Positions 37,839 to 47,149 of a stretch of DNA of 64,000 bases are shown here, piece by piece. Under the pieces are notes generated by a model. It saw only the letters and a list, made by a program, of their open reading frames with translations. It was not told where the DNA came from and made no database searches. The stretch is from Coraliomargarita sp. GTDB taxonomy: Bacteria; Verrucomicrobiota; Verrucomicrobiia; Opitutales; Coraliomargaritaceae. The first letter of the stretch is position 1. Every line of letters begins with the position of its first letter. Both the position numbers and the translations under genes were made by a program. Location: positions 128,001-192,000 of the forward strand of contig OZ244160.1 of NCBI GenBank assembly GCA_965216325.1. The letters run 5' to 3'.

Positions 37839-40382
37839 CTAGCGCTCCAAGGTCCCCCGGGTAACGCCCAGCTGATTAATCAGTTTGAGCTCTTTCCAGA
37901 GTTGTTCGGCGCTAAGCTCTCCTGCGAGCAGTGCTTCGTAATGCTGCATCGTGCGGCGCACTTCGTCGCCGCTTTCATTGAGGAATTCGATACGATAGGC
38001 GGCCGCGCCATTGGCGGTCATCTCATCGACAAACTCAGCGCCGGTTTGTGCCCGGGCGTTGAACAAGGTGTTGCGGCAACCCGCGTCCGGCTTGAGCGGA
38101 TGGAGTGCACCGACGCGGTCTTTGAGTTGCACCTGATGTGTGTCGCAGGGGCGTCCACAGTCACGGAAGTCCTTACCCTCGGACAGAAAGGCGCAGAAGA
38201 CACAGTGCTCCATGTGAAACATCGGCATGTGCTGGTGGAGCGTGATCTCGAACCAGCCCGGTTGTGCACCGCGCAGCAATGCGTCGAGCTGTTGGGTGTT
38301 GAGGTCATACGACGCAGTCAGTCGCTCAAGCTTCCAGCGCTCGATGAAGTATTCGGCCGTCAGGTGGTTGGCGACGTTGAGCGAGAAATCACCACGCAGG
38401 CGTTGGCCTTCGAGTGAACGCAGGTTCTCATGGTTGCGGACGAGGAATCCATCGGCGCCGCATTTGAGTAGCTGCTTGGTCAGAAAGTCTTCGCCGCTCT
38501 TAAACATTCGGGGTGGCGCCACCCAAAGTGTGCGCTTGCGCCCGTCGCGGTCTTCGGCGGCACGGGTGCGTTGCACGGCCTCCGCATACTTGCGTGGATC
38601 CTCCAACTCGATGTAGAGCTCGGAGTAGGGCAGTTCCAGCGCGACGTCGAACTGCTCCCAGTTTCTGACGTAGGGGATTAGATACGGCGTGGAGGGCAAT
38701 GCTCCGTCATTGCCACTTGCGATCTGGCTTGGCAACGACGGAGCGTTGCCCTCCAACTTCCATCTGAGGGGCTGCGCGCGCAAGGCAGTCAATTGGTCCA
38801 CGGCATCGCGGCGCAGATTATTTAGCACCGACGCAGGCACCATACAGCCGTCGCCCAGCTGGTTGTCCAGTGCCTCTAGGAAATAACCCGTGCTGCCAAG
38901 GCGCCCGAGTTGTTTCTTCAGCGTGGCTTCGTCGGTGGCTTTGTTGCGTGCCGCTTCGATTGGTTGAGTGGACTCCACTTGCACCACACGGCCTTCTTCG
39001 TCCTGTAGTGAAAGAGTCAATACGCTGCCGACTTGTCCTTGAGCGGTTGCGCGGATTGGACGCTTGTAGTTCGGCTGCTCCACCTCGTAGCTCTGGCGCA
39101 GCGCTTTGTCCAATGCAGGGTCGGAGGTTTTATACAGCACGTTGCCAGGCTGCACACGCTTCCAGTCGATCGAGCCTTTCAAAAAGCGAATAAAGGAGCC
39201 GTTCTTGCCTGTATCCACGGTGGTGATGCGCCCGCCTTCTTCATGGTCGTCGGGGCGGCCGCGGTCGAAGACCACGCCGTCGCCGGCTTTCAGGGGCACG
39301 TCGGTTTGGAGCCAGACGCCGTCGCGTTCCAGCCGCTCGACTTCGCCGATGCGCAGGCCGCGCTTTTTACCAAAGCGCGCATGCACGAGCTTTTGATTGT
39401 CGATGCCTTCCAGCCAGCCTGTGGAGAGGCCGCGTGAGAAAGTCATCTCGAGGGCGTAGTTGCCTTCTTTCTTGTCGTAATCGGTGGGGCCGCCTCCGTG
39501 GCGCCGGTGCCATGCGGCGTCGAGTGCTTTACGATACACGCTGGTAACGGCGGCGACATATTCCGGCGACTTGAGGCGGCCTTCGACTTTGAGGCTGGCA
39601 ACGCCGGCGTCGATGATGCCGTCCATTGCCTCGAGCCCGGAAAGGTCCTGGGGACTGAGCAAATAGCGTTGGCTGCCGAGCTCTACTTTCGCGCCGTCGC
39701 TATACAGCTCGTAAGGCAGACGGCAGGCCTGCGCGCATTCGCCACGATTGGCGGAGCGGCCGCCGAGCGATTCACTGGTCAAACATTGACCGGAGTAGGC
39801 CACGCAGAGCGCCCCGTGCACGAAGATCTCAATCGGCATGTCGAGGCCATTGGCCAAGGTTTTCTCTTTGATCGCGCCGACTTCTTTAAGTGAGCACTCG
39901 CGGGCCAGCACCACCACACTGGAGCCAAGCTCCTCGGCGAAGTGCACGCCGGCTTCGCTCGTGACGCTCATCTGAGTGGAGGCGTGGATCGGAAAGTCGG
40001 GTGAGAGTTTGCGAATTAGGCGGCAGATGCCCACGTCTTGCACGATCGCAGCGTCGACGCCGGAGCTGATGATCGAGCGCAGAAAGCTTTCCGCGTCTTC
40101 GAGCTCGTTGGAAAAGACCAGTGTGTTGAAGGTCACATAACCGCGCACGCCACGACTGTGTAGGTAAGCCATGAGTTCCGGCAGATCGGCTTCGGTGAAG
40201 TTCTTGCCGCGCATGCGGGCATTGAAGCGATCGAGGCCGAAGAAAATCGCGTCGGCACCATTCTCGACGGCGGCACGTGCGCACTCCCAATCTCCTGCCG
40301 GAGCAAGGAGCTCAGGTTTGATGTGGGTGGCATGCGACAGGTCGCTGTCGACGCCGAGACGTTTTGGAATGAGTTTTGGCAT
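37839..40382 (-). CDS. Peptidase U32 family protein with DUF3656 (RlhA-like RNA hydroxylase)
   Basis: PELLAPAG, HASTQMS, VHGALCVAYSGQC, NRGECAQACR, LKVEGRLK, EHCVFC; start uncertain. Confidence 0.92.
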   Translation of the reverse strand: MPKLIPKRLGVDSDLSHATHIKPELLAPAGDWECARAAVENGADAIFFGLDRFNARMRGKNFTEADLPELMAYLHSRGVRGYVTFNTLVFSNELEDAESFLRSIISSGVDAAIVQDVGICRLIRKLSPDFPIHASTQMSVTSEAGVHFAEELGSSVVVLARECSLKEVGAIKEKTLANGLDMPIEIFVHGALCVAYSGQCLTSESLGGRSANRGECAQACRLPYELYSDGAKVELGSQRYLLSPQDLSGLEAMDGIIDAGVASLKVEGRLKSPEYVAAVTSVYRKALDAAWHRRHGGGPTDYDKKEGNYALEMTFSRGLSTGWLEGIDNQKLVHARFGKKRGLRIGEVERLERDGVWLQTDVPLKAGDGVVFDRGRPDDHEEGGRITTVDTGKNGSFIRFLKGSIDWKRVQPGNVLYKTSDPALDKALRQSYEVEQPNYKRPIRATAQGQVGSVLTLSLQDEEGRVVQVESTQPIEAARNKATDEATLKKQLGRLGSTGYFLEALDNQLGDGCMVPASVLNNLRRDAVDQLTALRAQPLRWKLEGNAPSLPSQIASGNDGALPSTPYLIPYVRNWEQFDVALELPYSELYIELEDPRKYAEAVQRTRAAEDRDGRKRTLWVAPPRMFKSGEDFLTKQLLKCGADGFLVRNHENLRSLEGQRLRGDFSLNVANHLTAEYFIERWKLERLTASYDLNTQQLDALLRGAQPGWFEITLHQHMPMFHMEHCVFCAFLSEGKDFRDCGRPCDTHQVQLKDRVGALHPLKPDAGCRNTLFNARAQTGAEFVDEMTANGAAAYRIEFLNESGDEVRRTMQHYEALLAGELSAEQLWKELKLINQLGVTRGTLER
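38690..38755. repeat. REP doublet inserted in frame in the U32 gene
   Basis: TGGAGGGCAATGCTCCGTCATTGCC-16nt-GGCAACGACGGAGCGTTGCCCTCCA, 66 bp. Confidence 0.93.
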
Positions 40383-40442
40383 TTCGAGAGAAAGGGGAGA
40401 CCTTAGCACTACGATTTCGTGGAATGCAATGGCGATGCGAAT

Positions 40443-40519
40443 GGTGTGCGCAGCTTCAGCAAGCACTTTCAGCGGCGTTGCGTTTGCTCGGTGGAGCGCT
40501 TGCTGAAGCGGCGCGCTAC
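40443..40519. repeat. GTAG-type REP pair overlapping the mutY stop
   Basis: GCGCAGCTTCAGCAAGC ... GCTTGCTGAAGCGGCGCGCTAC; the minus-strand GTAG supplies the TAG stop. Confidence 0.6.
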
Positions 40520-41589
40520 GCTGAGCGGTCCAATAACTCTTTGACCCATCTGCGGTGCGGACCGGAGAGCGTGATCTTTTCGAGGTCTGTCATGGCGGTC
40601 CATTTGTGCTCAGACGTAATGCCAGCTAAAGCCGGGACCCCAACCCCCTCATAAATGCGCTCTTTGATGCGTTTGTTGGTGATGCCGCGTGACTTGGTGA
40701 GTAGCAACTTGCCCAGCTTGAGTTGCTTGGAGGGCAATGCTCCGTCATTGCCATGTTTTGCTTTGTCTTCTGTGAGACCAAAGGTCTCAACGCGTGGTAG
40801 CTCATACTGGCCAGCCAGCTGTTTGGCGTCGTTGGGAATCCGGTGGAGCAGGACCTTGTCGTCGGCGACGATCCAGAGGCGGTCGACCTCGACGCGTTGG
40901 GTCGCTGCGCGTTCGATTTTGGGCAATTGCTCGGGGCTGCCCTGCGCGGCTCCGGCGCAAAAGCTCACCACCGGACAGACGGTGCACATCGGCTTGTGTT
41001 TCTGGCAGACGGTTGCACCCAGTTCCATCATTGCCTGATTGTGGTCGCCCGGCTTGTCGGTATTGAGGGCCTTGTCGGCTAGCGGGGTGAAGGCTTTGAC
41101 TGCCTCGCCGTTGTTTTTGAAGGCACGCTCGTCATGGGTGAGCCGAGCGAGAATGCGGACCACATTGCCATCCACAACAGCAGCTGGGTAGCCCTGCGCA
41201 ATCGAGCTGATGGCGGCCGAGGTGTAGGGGCCGATGCCGGGCAGGAGCTGCCATTCCTCGCGAGTCGTCGGCTTGGGTTCCATGGCGACGTAGGTCTTGG
41301 CTAGCTTGTGCAAATTGCGCGCGCGGCTGTAATACCCCAGGCCTTCCCAGTGCTTGAGCACATCGTCGCTGTCTGCGGCGGCCAGTGCTTCAAAATCGGG
41401 AAAGCGCTCCATCCAACGCTCAAAGTAGGGCAGCATCGTTTTGATCTGTGTCTGCTGAGCCATCAACTCCGACACGACCGTGCGATACACGCTGGGCTCG
41501 GTGCGCCAAGGGAGCGGCCGCTGGGCCTGTGCATACCAGTCGACCAGTGCAGCTTGGAATTTCGGAAGATCTGTTAGAGGGGAGGGCAT
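40516..41589 (-). CDS. mutY: A/G-specific adenine glycosylase
   Basis: LPWR, VSELMAQQTQ, WEGLGYYSRARNLH, LPGIGPYT, VDGNVVR, 4Fe-4S CX6CX2CX5C. Confidence 0.96.
   Translation of the reverse strand: MPSPLTDLPKFQAALVDWYAQAQRPLPWRTEPSVYRTVVSELMAQQTQIKTMLPYFERWMERFPDFEALAAADSDDVLKHWEGLGYYSRARNLHKLAKTYVAMEPKPTTREEWQLLPGIGPYTSAAISSIAQGYPAAVVDGNVVRILARLTHDERAFKNNGEAVKAFTPLADKALNTDKPGDHNQAMMELGATVCQKHKPMCTVCPVVSFCAGAAQGSPEQLPKIERAATQRVEVDRLWIVADDKVLLHRIPNDAKQLAGQYELPRVETFGLTEDKAKHGNDGALPSKQLKLGKLLLTKSRGITNKRIKERIYEGVGVPALAGITSEHKWTAMTDLEKITLSGPHRRWVKELLDRSA
40728..40752. repeat. Single GGAG-family REP inside mutY
   Basis: TGGAGGGCAATGCTCCGTCATTGCC, read as GNDGALPS in MutY. Confidence 0.9.
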
Positions 41590-41664
41590 CGTTCAGAGAT
41601 CAGAAGACAGAGGTCGGAAGTCGGAGGTAATGCAAGCGTGCACTACTTTCGAACGGATTATATT

Positions 41665-41753
41665 GGTAGCGCAGGCGCGTCTCGCGGCGCATATAAGAGA
41701 TACAATGCGATGAGGCATGGCGTAGTGCGCACCGGGGACGGTGCTGCGCTACC
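41665..41753. repeat. GTAG-type REP doublet (GGTAGCGCAG family)
   Basis: GGTAGCGCAGGCGCGTCTCGCGGCGCA ... TGCGCACCGGGGACGGTGCTGCGCTACC; second doublet at 46711-46793. Confidence 0.8.
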
Positions 41754-41817
41754 TTACTCCGATTGGACTGAAGGTCGAACCTAGTGTGAAGCGCGATAAA
41801 TTCGTTTAGTTATCAAA

Positions 41818-41888
41818 TGGATGGCAACGCTCCGTCGTTGCCATCTAAAGTGACTTTAAAGGTGGCAACGACGGAGCGTTGCCCTCCA
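41818..41888. repeat. REP doublet (REPIN), GGAG family
   Basis: TGGATGGCAACGCTCCGTCGTTGCC ... GGCAACGACGGAGCGTTGCCCTCCA. Confidence 0.92.
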
Positions 41889-41912
41889 TTTTTGCTCTGC
41901 AAACTGCAATTC

Positions 41913-42764
41913 TTAATCCAAGCGATTCACTTCGACGCGGATGCTCAAGGTGCTGCGGCTGCCGCCGAAGTAGGAGCCGATGACGGGGGCGACGTCGCGG
42001 TAGTCGCGCCCGAAGGCCAGCACGATGTAGGTGTCGTCGACCACCTTGCGGTTGGTCGGATCGAGCCCGACCCAGCCGGCCGCGCCGGCATAGACTTCCA
42101 CCCAGGCGTGGGAGGCTTCGGAGCCGCGTAGCGAGCGATCTCTGGTGCTATCGAAGAAGTAGCCACTGACATAGCGGGCCGGGATGCCGATCGAGCGGCA
42201 ATAGGCCGTCATGGCATGTGCGAAGTCTTGGCAAACACCCGCCCGGCCTTGGATCACCTCGTTGGCATGGGTCGAGACGTTGGTCGCTTCGGAGGAGTAG
42301 GTGAAGTTGGTGTAGATGTGGTCCATAATCGCATAGCTGGTCTGGAACACATCTTGTGAATCGCCACGAATATCGACCGCTTCACGCCAGGTGGCGGGCG
42401 TGGTGTCGACGTAGGCGCTGCGTTGCAAAAAAGTGTGGCACTCCTCGATTTGATTGCAGCGGTGGAGGTCTTGGTGGAGAAAGCCGTAGGGAAGGTTATC
42501 CAGCTCAAAGAGCTTGGATGTCTTCACTTTAAAGCGGCTCTCGATCACCAGCCGATCGTGTGGCTGTGGGATCGTAAAGTGATGCACCCGATTGAAGTTC
42601 AGATCGTTGTAGCGCGAGAGTTTGGTCGCGGGCAGGACGCTGATGAAGTTCGACTCGACCTCTTGGTTTCGAGTGATCTTTGGGGTCAGTCGCAGTTCGT
42701 TGTTATTGTTCGTAACTGCATCGCCGTAGGCATACTCGGTGCGATGGTAAACTTGTAGCCGCAT
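41913..42764 (-). CDS. Transglutaminase-like protein
   Basis: HRTEYAY N-domain, GVCQDFAH, ARYVSGY, SHAWVEV, LDPTN. Confidence 0.95.
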   Translation of the reverse strand: MRLQVYHRTEYAYGDAVTNNNNELRLTPKITRNQEVESNFISVLPATKLSRYNDLNFNRVHHFTIPQPHDRLVIESRFKVKTSKLFELDNLPYGFLHQDLHRCNQIEECHTFLQRSAYVDTTPATWREAVDIRGDSQDVFQTSYAIMDHIYTNFTYSSEATNVSTHANEVIQGRAGVCQDFAHAMTAYCRSIGIPARYVSGYFFDSTRDRSLRGSEASHAWVEVYAGAAGWVGLDPTNRKVVDDTYIVLAFGRDYRDVAPVIGSYFGGSRSTLSIRVEVNRLD

Positions 42765-42771
42765 GGGTTAC

Positions 42772-43737
42772 CTACTGCTGTTGTTGCTGGAACTGCCAGT
42801 GCATGTTCGTGTGTTGACTGAGGGTTCGAATTTCAAGTGGCAGTAGGATGTAGGTTTCGAAAACTTGTTGGCCGATGTCGTTGAATTGCTGTTGGAGGGA
42901 GTCGATGTAGGTATGATAGCCTGCTTGCAAGACATTCACAATGCTGGAGAAATTCAGCTGTGCGAGTGCGCTGCCGGCGAGGCGTTCGGCTTCATTACTG
43001 AAGCTGCCGACCGGGCTGCCGGAAACGGCGTGGAGTTGCTGGTCGAGTTGCTGGATGCAGAAGCGCACCGAACGTGGGAATGAGGCGGAGAACAGCAGGA
43101 AGCTCATCGCATTGTCGAGCGTGATGCCGCTGCGGTGTTCGGCTTGGAAGGCGTTGAAGGCCGAGCAGGACTTGAGTGCGGACGCGAGTTTGCTGCGGTT
43201 GGGCTCGCCCTGATAGGCGAGCATGTCGAGCACGCGAGTGGTCTTGTCGGCGCGTTCCAAATACTTGCCGATCTGCATGAAGTGCCAGCCTTCGTCGTGC
43301 AGCACGGTGGCGTTGATCAGGCCTGAGAGCAGCATGCAATACTCGATGGTGCGGCGGTGGAAGACTTCGGGCTGGTTTTCCCACAGTTGCACCGCGTCGT
43401 CCGAACGAATGAAGAGGTGGAAGCGATTGAGCTCGCGCCAGATTTCTTCGGAGATTTGGTCGCGCACCATGCGCGCGTTTTCGCGGGCCTGCGCTACGCA
43501 TTGTCGAATCGAGTCCGGATTCTTCTCGGAGAAGGTGGTGAACCAGCCGACGTCCTCTTCGCCCGAGGCTTGATAGGCGGCTTCCATGCTGGTGGCGTAG
43601 AGGAGTGGCCGCCAGACGTCACCCGCATTGCCATCGAGCGAGTCGTAGCGGTTGACTTCGACGAGACGGGCGAGGTTTTCAGCGCGTTCGAGGTAGCGGC
43701 TGAGCCAATAGAGACTGTTTGCGACACGGGAAAGCAT
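42772..43737 (-). CDS. Alpha-E domain protein
   Basis: MLSRVANSLYWLSRYLERAEN, ARENAR, YLERAD, FPRSV. Confidence 0.95.
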   Translation of the reverse strand: MLSRVANSLYWLSRYLERAENLARLVEVNRYDSLDGNAGDVWRPLLYATSMEAAYQASGEEDVGWFTTFSEKNPDSIRQCVAQARENARMVRDQISEEIWRELNRFHLFIRSDDAVQLWENQPEVFHRRTIEYCMLLSGLINATVLHDEGWHFMQIGKYLERADKTTRVLDMLAYQGEPNRSKLASALKSCSAFNAFQAEHRSGITLDNAMSFLLFSASFPRSVRFCIQQLDQQLHAVSGSPVGSFSNEAERLAGSALAQLNFSSIVNVLQAGYHTYIDSLQQQFNDIGQQVFETYILLPLEIRTLSQHTNMHWQFQQQQQ

Positions 43738-43755
43738 AGTAGAGGGAAAACGGAG

Positions 43756-45189
43756 TTATTGGTGGAGGACCCAGGTGTCTTTACTGCCGCCGCCCTGGGA
43801 GGAATTGACGACGAGCGAGCCCTTGTTGAGTGCCACGCGGGTAAGGCCGCCGGGGATGATCTCGATCTGATCGCCGTAGAGCACGAAGGGACGCAGGTCG
43901 ATGTGGCGGCCTTCGATGCCCAGTTCGTTGCAGATGGTGGGGTGGCGGGAGAGGGAAATGACGGGTTGCGCGATGAAGTTGCGCGGTTCGGCTTGGATCA
44001 TTGCGGCGAACTTGGCGCGCTCTTCCTTGGTCGAGCTTGGCCCCATCAGCATACCGTAGCCGCCGGATTCATTGGCCGATTTGACGACCAACTCCTCGAG
44101 ATGGTTCAGAATGTAGGCGCGGTCTTTGTCGCGCCAAGCGAGATAAGTCGGCACGCTATCCAGAATCGGCTCTTGATCGAGATAATAGCGAATCATGTCC
44201 GGCACGTAGGCGTAGGTGACTTTGTCGTCGGCCACACCCGTGCCGACCGCATTGGCAAGAGCCACATTACCCTTCAGGTAGGCATCCATCAGCCCGGGCA
44301 CACCGAGCATCGAGTCTTTGCGGAAGACCAGTGGGTCCAGAAAGTCGTCGTCAAGTCGGCGGTAGACGACATCCACTTGCACCAGCCCCTTCGTCGTGCG
44401 CATGAACACATAGCCATCGAGCACAATCAGGTCGCGCCCCTCAACGATTTCGATGCCCATCTTGCGGGCCAGAAAGGTGTGCTCGAAGTAGGCGCTGTTA
44501 TAGACGCCGGGAGTCAAGAGCACACACACGGGGGCTTGGCCCTGGCGCGGTGAAAGGTGCTGGAGCGTCTTGAGTAGTAGGTCCGGATAGTTGTCGACCG
44601 GGCGCACGCCGTATTTGCTGTAGAGGCTCGGAAAGGCGCGCTTCATCGCCTCGCGGTTTTCCAAGAGGTAGGAAACGCCGGATGGACAGCGGGCATTATC
44701 CTCGAGGACGAGGTAGTTGCCTGCATCATCGCGGATCAGATCCGTGCCACATATCTGGATGTAAATATCTTTGGAGATTTTGAGCCCTTCCATCTCCGGG
44801 CGGTAGTGGGCTGCGCTTTTGACGACGTCTTCAGGAATGATGCCATCTTTGATGATCTGCCCCTCATGGTAGATGTCGTTCAGGAACAAATTTAGGGCAA
44901 TAATGCGCTGCGTCAGGCCTTGCTCGACTTGCTGCCACTCAGCATCCGGGATGATGCGTGGAATCAGGTCGAAGGGGAAAATCCGCTCGGTGCCCTTGTT
45001 GTCACCGTAGACGGTAAAAGTGATCCCTTCTTCCAGAAAGGCGTTGTCGACTAGACGCTGCTTATCGGTGAGCGCATCGCTGTCGTAGCTCGAAAAGCGC
45101 TCCAGTAGCAGGTCATAGTGTTGGAACGTTCCACTGGGAGACTGGAACATTTCATCGAAAAAGGGGCCCTTTTCGTAGCAGCTAAACAT
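43756..45189 (-). CDS. Circularly permuted type 2 ATP-grasp protein
   Basis: [45 protein letters not shown]. Confidence 0.96.
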   Translation of the reverse strand: MFSCYEKGPFFDEMFQSPSGTFQHYDLLLERFSSYDSDALTDKQRLVDNAFLEEGITFTVYGDNKGTERIFPFDLIPRIIPDAEWQQVEQGLTQRIIALNLFLNDIYHEGQIIKDGIIPEDVVKSAAHYRPEMEGLKISKDIYIQICGTDLIRDDAGNYLVLEDNARCPSGVSYLLENREAMKRAFPSLYSKYGVRPVDNYPDLLLKTLQHLSPRQGQAPVCVLLTPGVYNSAYFEHTFLARKMGIEIVEGRDLIVLDGYVFMRTTKGLVQVDVVYRRLDDDFLDPLVFRKDSMLGVPGLMDAYLKGNVALANAVGTGVADDKVTYAYVPDMIRYYLDQEPILDSVPTYLAWRDKDRAYILNHLEELVVKSANESGGYGMLMGPSSTKEERAKFAAMIQAEPRNFIAQPVISLSRHPTICNELGIEGRHIDLRPFVLYGDQIEIIPGGLTRVALNKGSLVVNSSQGGGSKDTWVLHQ

Positions 45190-45200
45190 GACAGAGCGTT

Positions 45201-45217
45201 AGCACAAGGCATGCCAA
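45201..45217 (-). promoter_or_regulatory. Putative sigma-54 (-24/-12) promoter
   Basis: Minus strand TTGGCATGCCTTGTGCT = GG-N10-GC. Confidence 0.6.
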
Positions 45218-45226
45218 GGTGTGATT

Positions 45227-45332
45227 TCAGAAGACAGAGGTCGGAGGGCAGAGGACAGAGGATAGAGTGAAGTAAGCGCCGGAACTCACCTTAGTATTGC
45301 TTCTGACTCCTGACTTCTGTCTCCTGACTTCT
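45227..45332. repeat. Heptamer-periodic inverted-repeat element (CAGARGW / TCYTGAC)
   Basis: TCAGAAGACAGAGGTCGGAGGGCAGAGGACAGAGG ... TTCTGACTCCTGACTTCTGTCTCCTGACTTCT. Confidence 0.8.
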
Positions 45333-45342
45333 TTAAAAATCC

Positions 45343-46332
45343 ATGCCTAAGAAACGTAGCAAACAGTCCGAAGACGACGGCCCGAAGGTCAAAACCATCT
45401 ATACCATTAAGCTCGACGACGAGCAGATGGATAAATTGGCGGACTATTTGGAGGAGGGGCATCAGGGGCCATGGTTCCACTATGACGTGGCGTATTCGCT
45501 GTTCGCCTTTAAGGGCGAGAAAGTCAACGTGGTGGGCTATCAGAGTGGCAAGCTGGTGATTTCAGGCAAAAAGACCGAGGACTTTGTTCGCGATATTTTA
45601 GAGGTCGAGATCACCGGCGAGGCGAAGCTCGGCTATGACGAGGTGCACAATCCGGAGTGGTTTGAGCTCCACGCAGGCATGGACGAAAGCGGCAAGGGCG
45701 ACCTGTTTGGCCCGCTGGTGACTGCTTGTGTGATCGCCGATGGCGACATGGTGCGCAAGTGGATGGAACTGGGCGTGGCCGACAGTAAAAAGCTGACCGA
45801 TAACAGCATTCTAAAGCTCGAAAAAGAGATTCGCAAAACCAAGGGCGTGGTGATTAAGACCGCTTTTGCGCGGATGCCGAAGTATAATGAGCTCTACAAC
45901 AAATTTGACCGCAACCTGAACAAGCTGCTGGCGTGGTATCACAGTAAGTCGTTGATCGGTGCGCTGGAGGAGCGCAAGGCGCCTTGGGGACTCTTGGACC
46001 AGTTTACCAAGGAAAAACTGGTCGATGCCTACGTCAAAGATCGCAAAGACTTTAAATTGGTCAGTCGCACCAAGGCGGAGTCCGATCCCGTGGTGGCGGC
46101 TGCTTCGATTGTGGCACGGGCCGTGTATGTGCGCGAAATGAAGCGTCTTTCCGAAGAGGCGGGCGAACCCCTGACCAAGGGCGCCAGCGGCAAGGTGCTG
46201 GCTCAGGCCAAGAAAATCGTCGACGAGCAGGGCGCGGACGCGCTCAAAGGCTTCGCCAAAATGCATTTCAAGACCGCCTACGAGGCGCAGGGCCTTGAGC
46301 CCCCCGCGAAGCCGAGCTGGTATAAAAGGTAG
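45343..46332 (+). CDS. rnhC: Ribonuclease HIII
   Basis: N-terminal TBP-like YQSGKLVISG, GMDESGKGDLFGPL, GVADSKKL, VAAASIVAR, AKMHFKT. Confidence 0.93.
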   Translation: MPKKRSKQSEDDGPKVKTIYTIKLDDEQMDKLADYLEEGHQGPWFHYDVAYSLFAFKGEKVNVVGYQSGKLVISGKKTEDFVRDILEVEITGEAKLGYDEVHNPEWFELHAGMDESGKGDLFGPLVTACVIADGDMVRKWMELGVADSKKLTDNSILKLEKEIRKTKGVVIKTAFARMPKYNELYNKFDRNLNKLLAWYHSKSLIGALEERKAPWGLLDQFTKEKLVDAYVKDRKDFKLVSRTKAESDPVVAAASIVARAVYVREMKRLSEEAGEPLTKGASGKVLAQAKKIVDEQGADALKGFAKMHFKTAYEAQGLEPPAKPSWYKR

Positions 46333-46873
46333 GGGCGTGCCTTGGCGCGCCCGCAGCAGCCAGAGTTGGAGGGCAACGCTCCGTCGTTGCCATTCAGTGT
46401 TGTCTGTCTTCTACTCAGGCGTGGTGGCAATGGCGGACTCCGTGTCTCCGTGGTCGTCCATTCAGTGGGTGGCTCTGTGGTGGTTACCACCCGCTTCGCT
46501 GGAGACACGAAGGCACAGAGAACTGTCGGAGCTGTAAATGAGGTGAAGGGTTCGTGGAGGGCAACGCTCCGTCGTTGCCGTTCAGTGTGGCCAGTCTTCT
46601 ACTCCGGCGTGGTGGCAATGGCGGAGCATTGCCCTCCAGGGGAAACCGCTCAAGGACGCTGAATTCCGCTAAAACGTAGGGCGAAGCACGCACTCCTCGA
46701 GCCAGCTTGGGGTAGCGCAGCCGCGTCTCGCGGCGCACCACGTCGTCTTAAGTTCGCCTTATCGTATGCGGAGCGTGACGCTCCCGCGCTACCTCGGCAT
46801 TAAGTGTATTTTAGCGTTCTTCAGCAGTCATCTTCCGTCCGCCCGATCTCCGATTTCGGTCCTCCGGCCTCCG
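46329..46873. repeat. Composite repeat hotspot: GTAGGGGCG REP, truncated (46367-46437) and complete (46555-46638) GGAG REPINs, 9-mer element halves, GTAGCGCA doublet (46711-46793), heptamer tract
   Basis: Direct sequence matches to repeat families found elsewhere in the window. Confidence 0.85.
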
Positions 46874-47149
46874 AGTTGAGTGCGATTTCAAGCCCTTCAG
46901 CAGTCAAAATCACTGATTATTGGACTTTTCACCTTGGGCAAGCTGCGCAACCGTTGAATTCGTCACCGAATTGCGTCCTCAAGCATTTTGTATAGCTTAA
47001 GCACTCATTCATCATTGTAAAACGGAGGTGAAATCACCCCTAAACGTGTTGTTAGCGGTATCAAAACGGCTAATAACACTTGCCAAGCCCAAATTACTAG
47101 TTTTCAACTGAAACTTCCCAAACTCGAATTCGATTCTCTACTCACTAAT

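Noticed and set aside
41817..42131. ORFs 41817..42131, 46342..46662 and 55749..55979
   Set aside because: REP-derived peptides with no other coding evidence.
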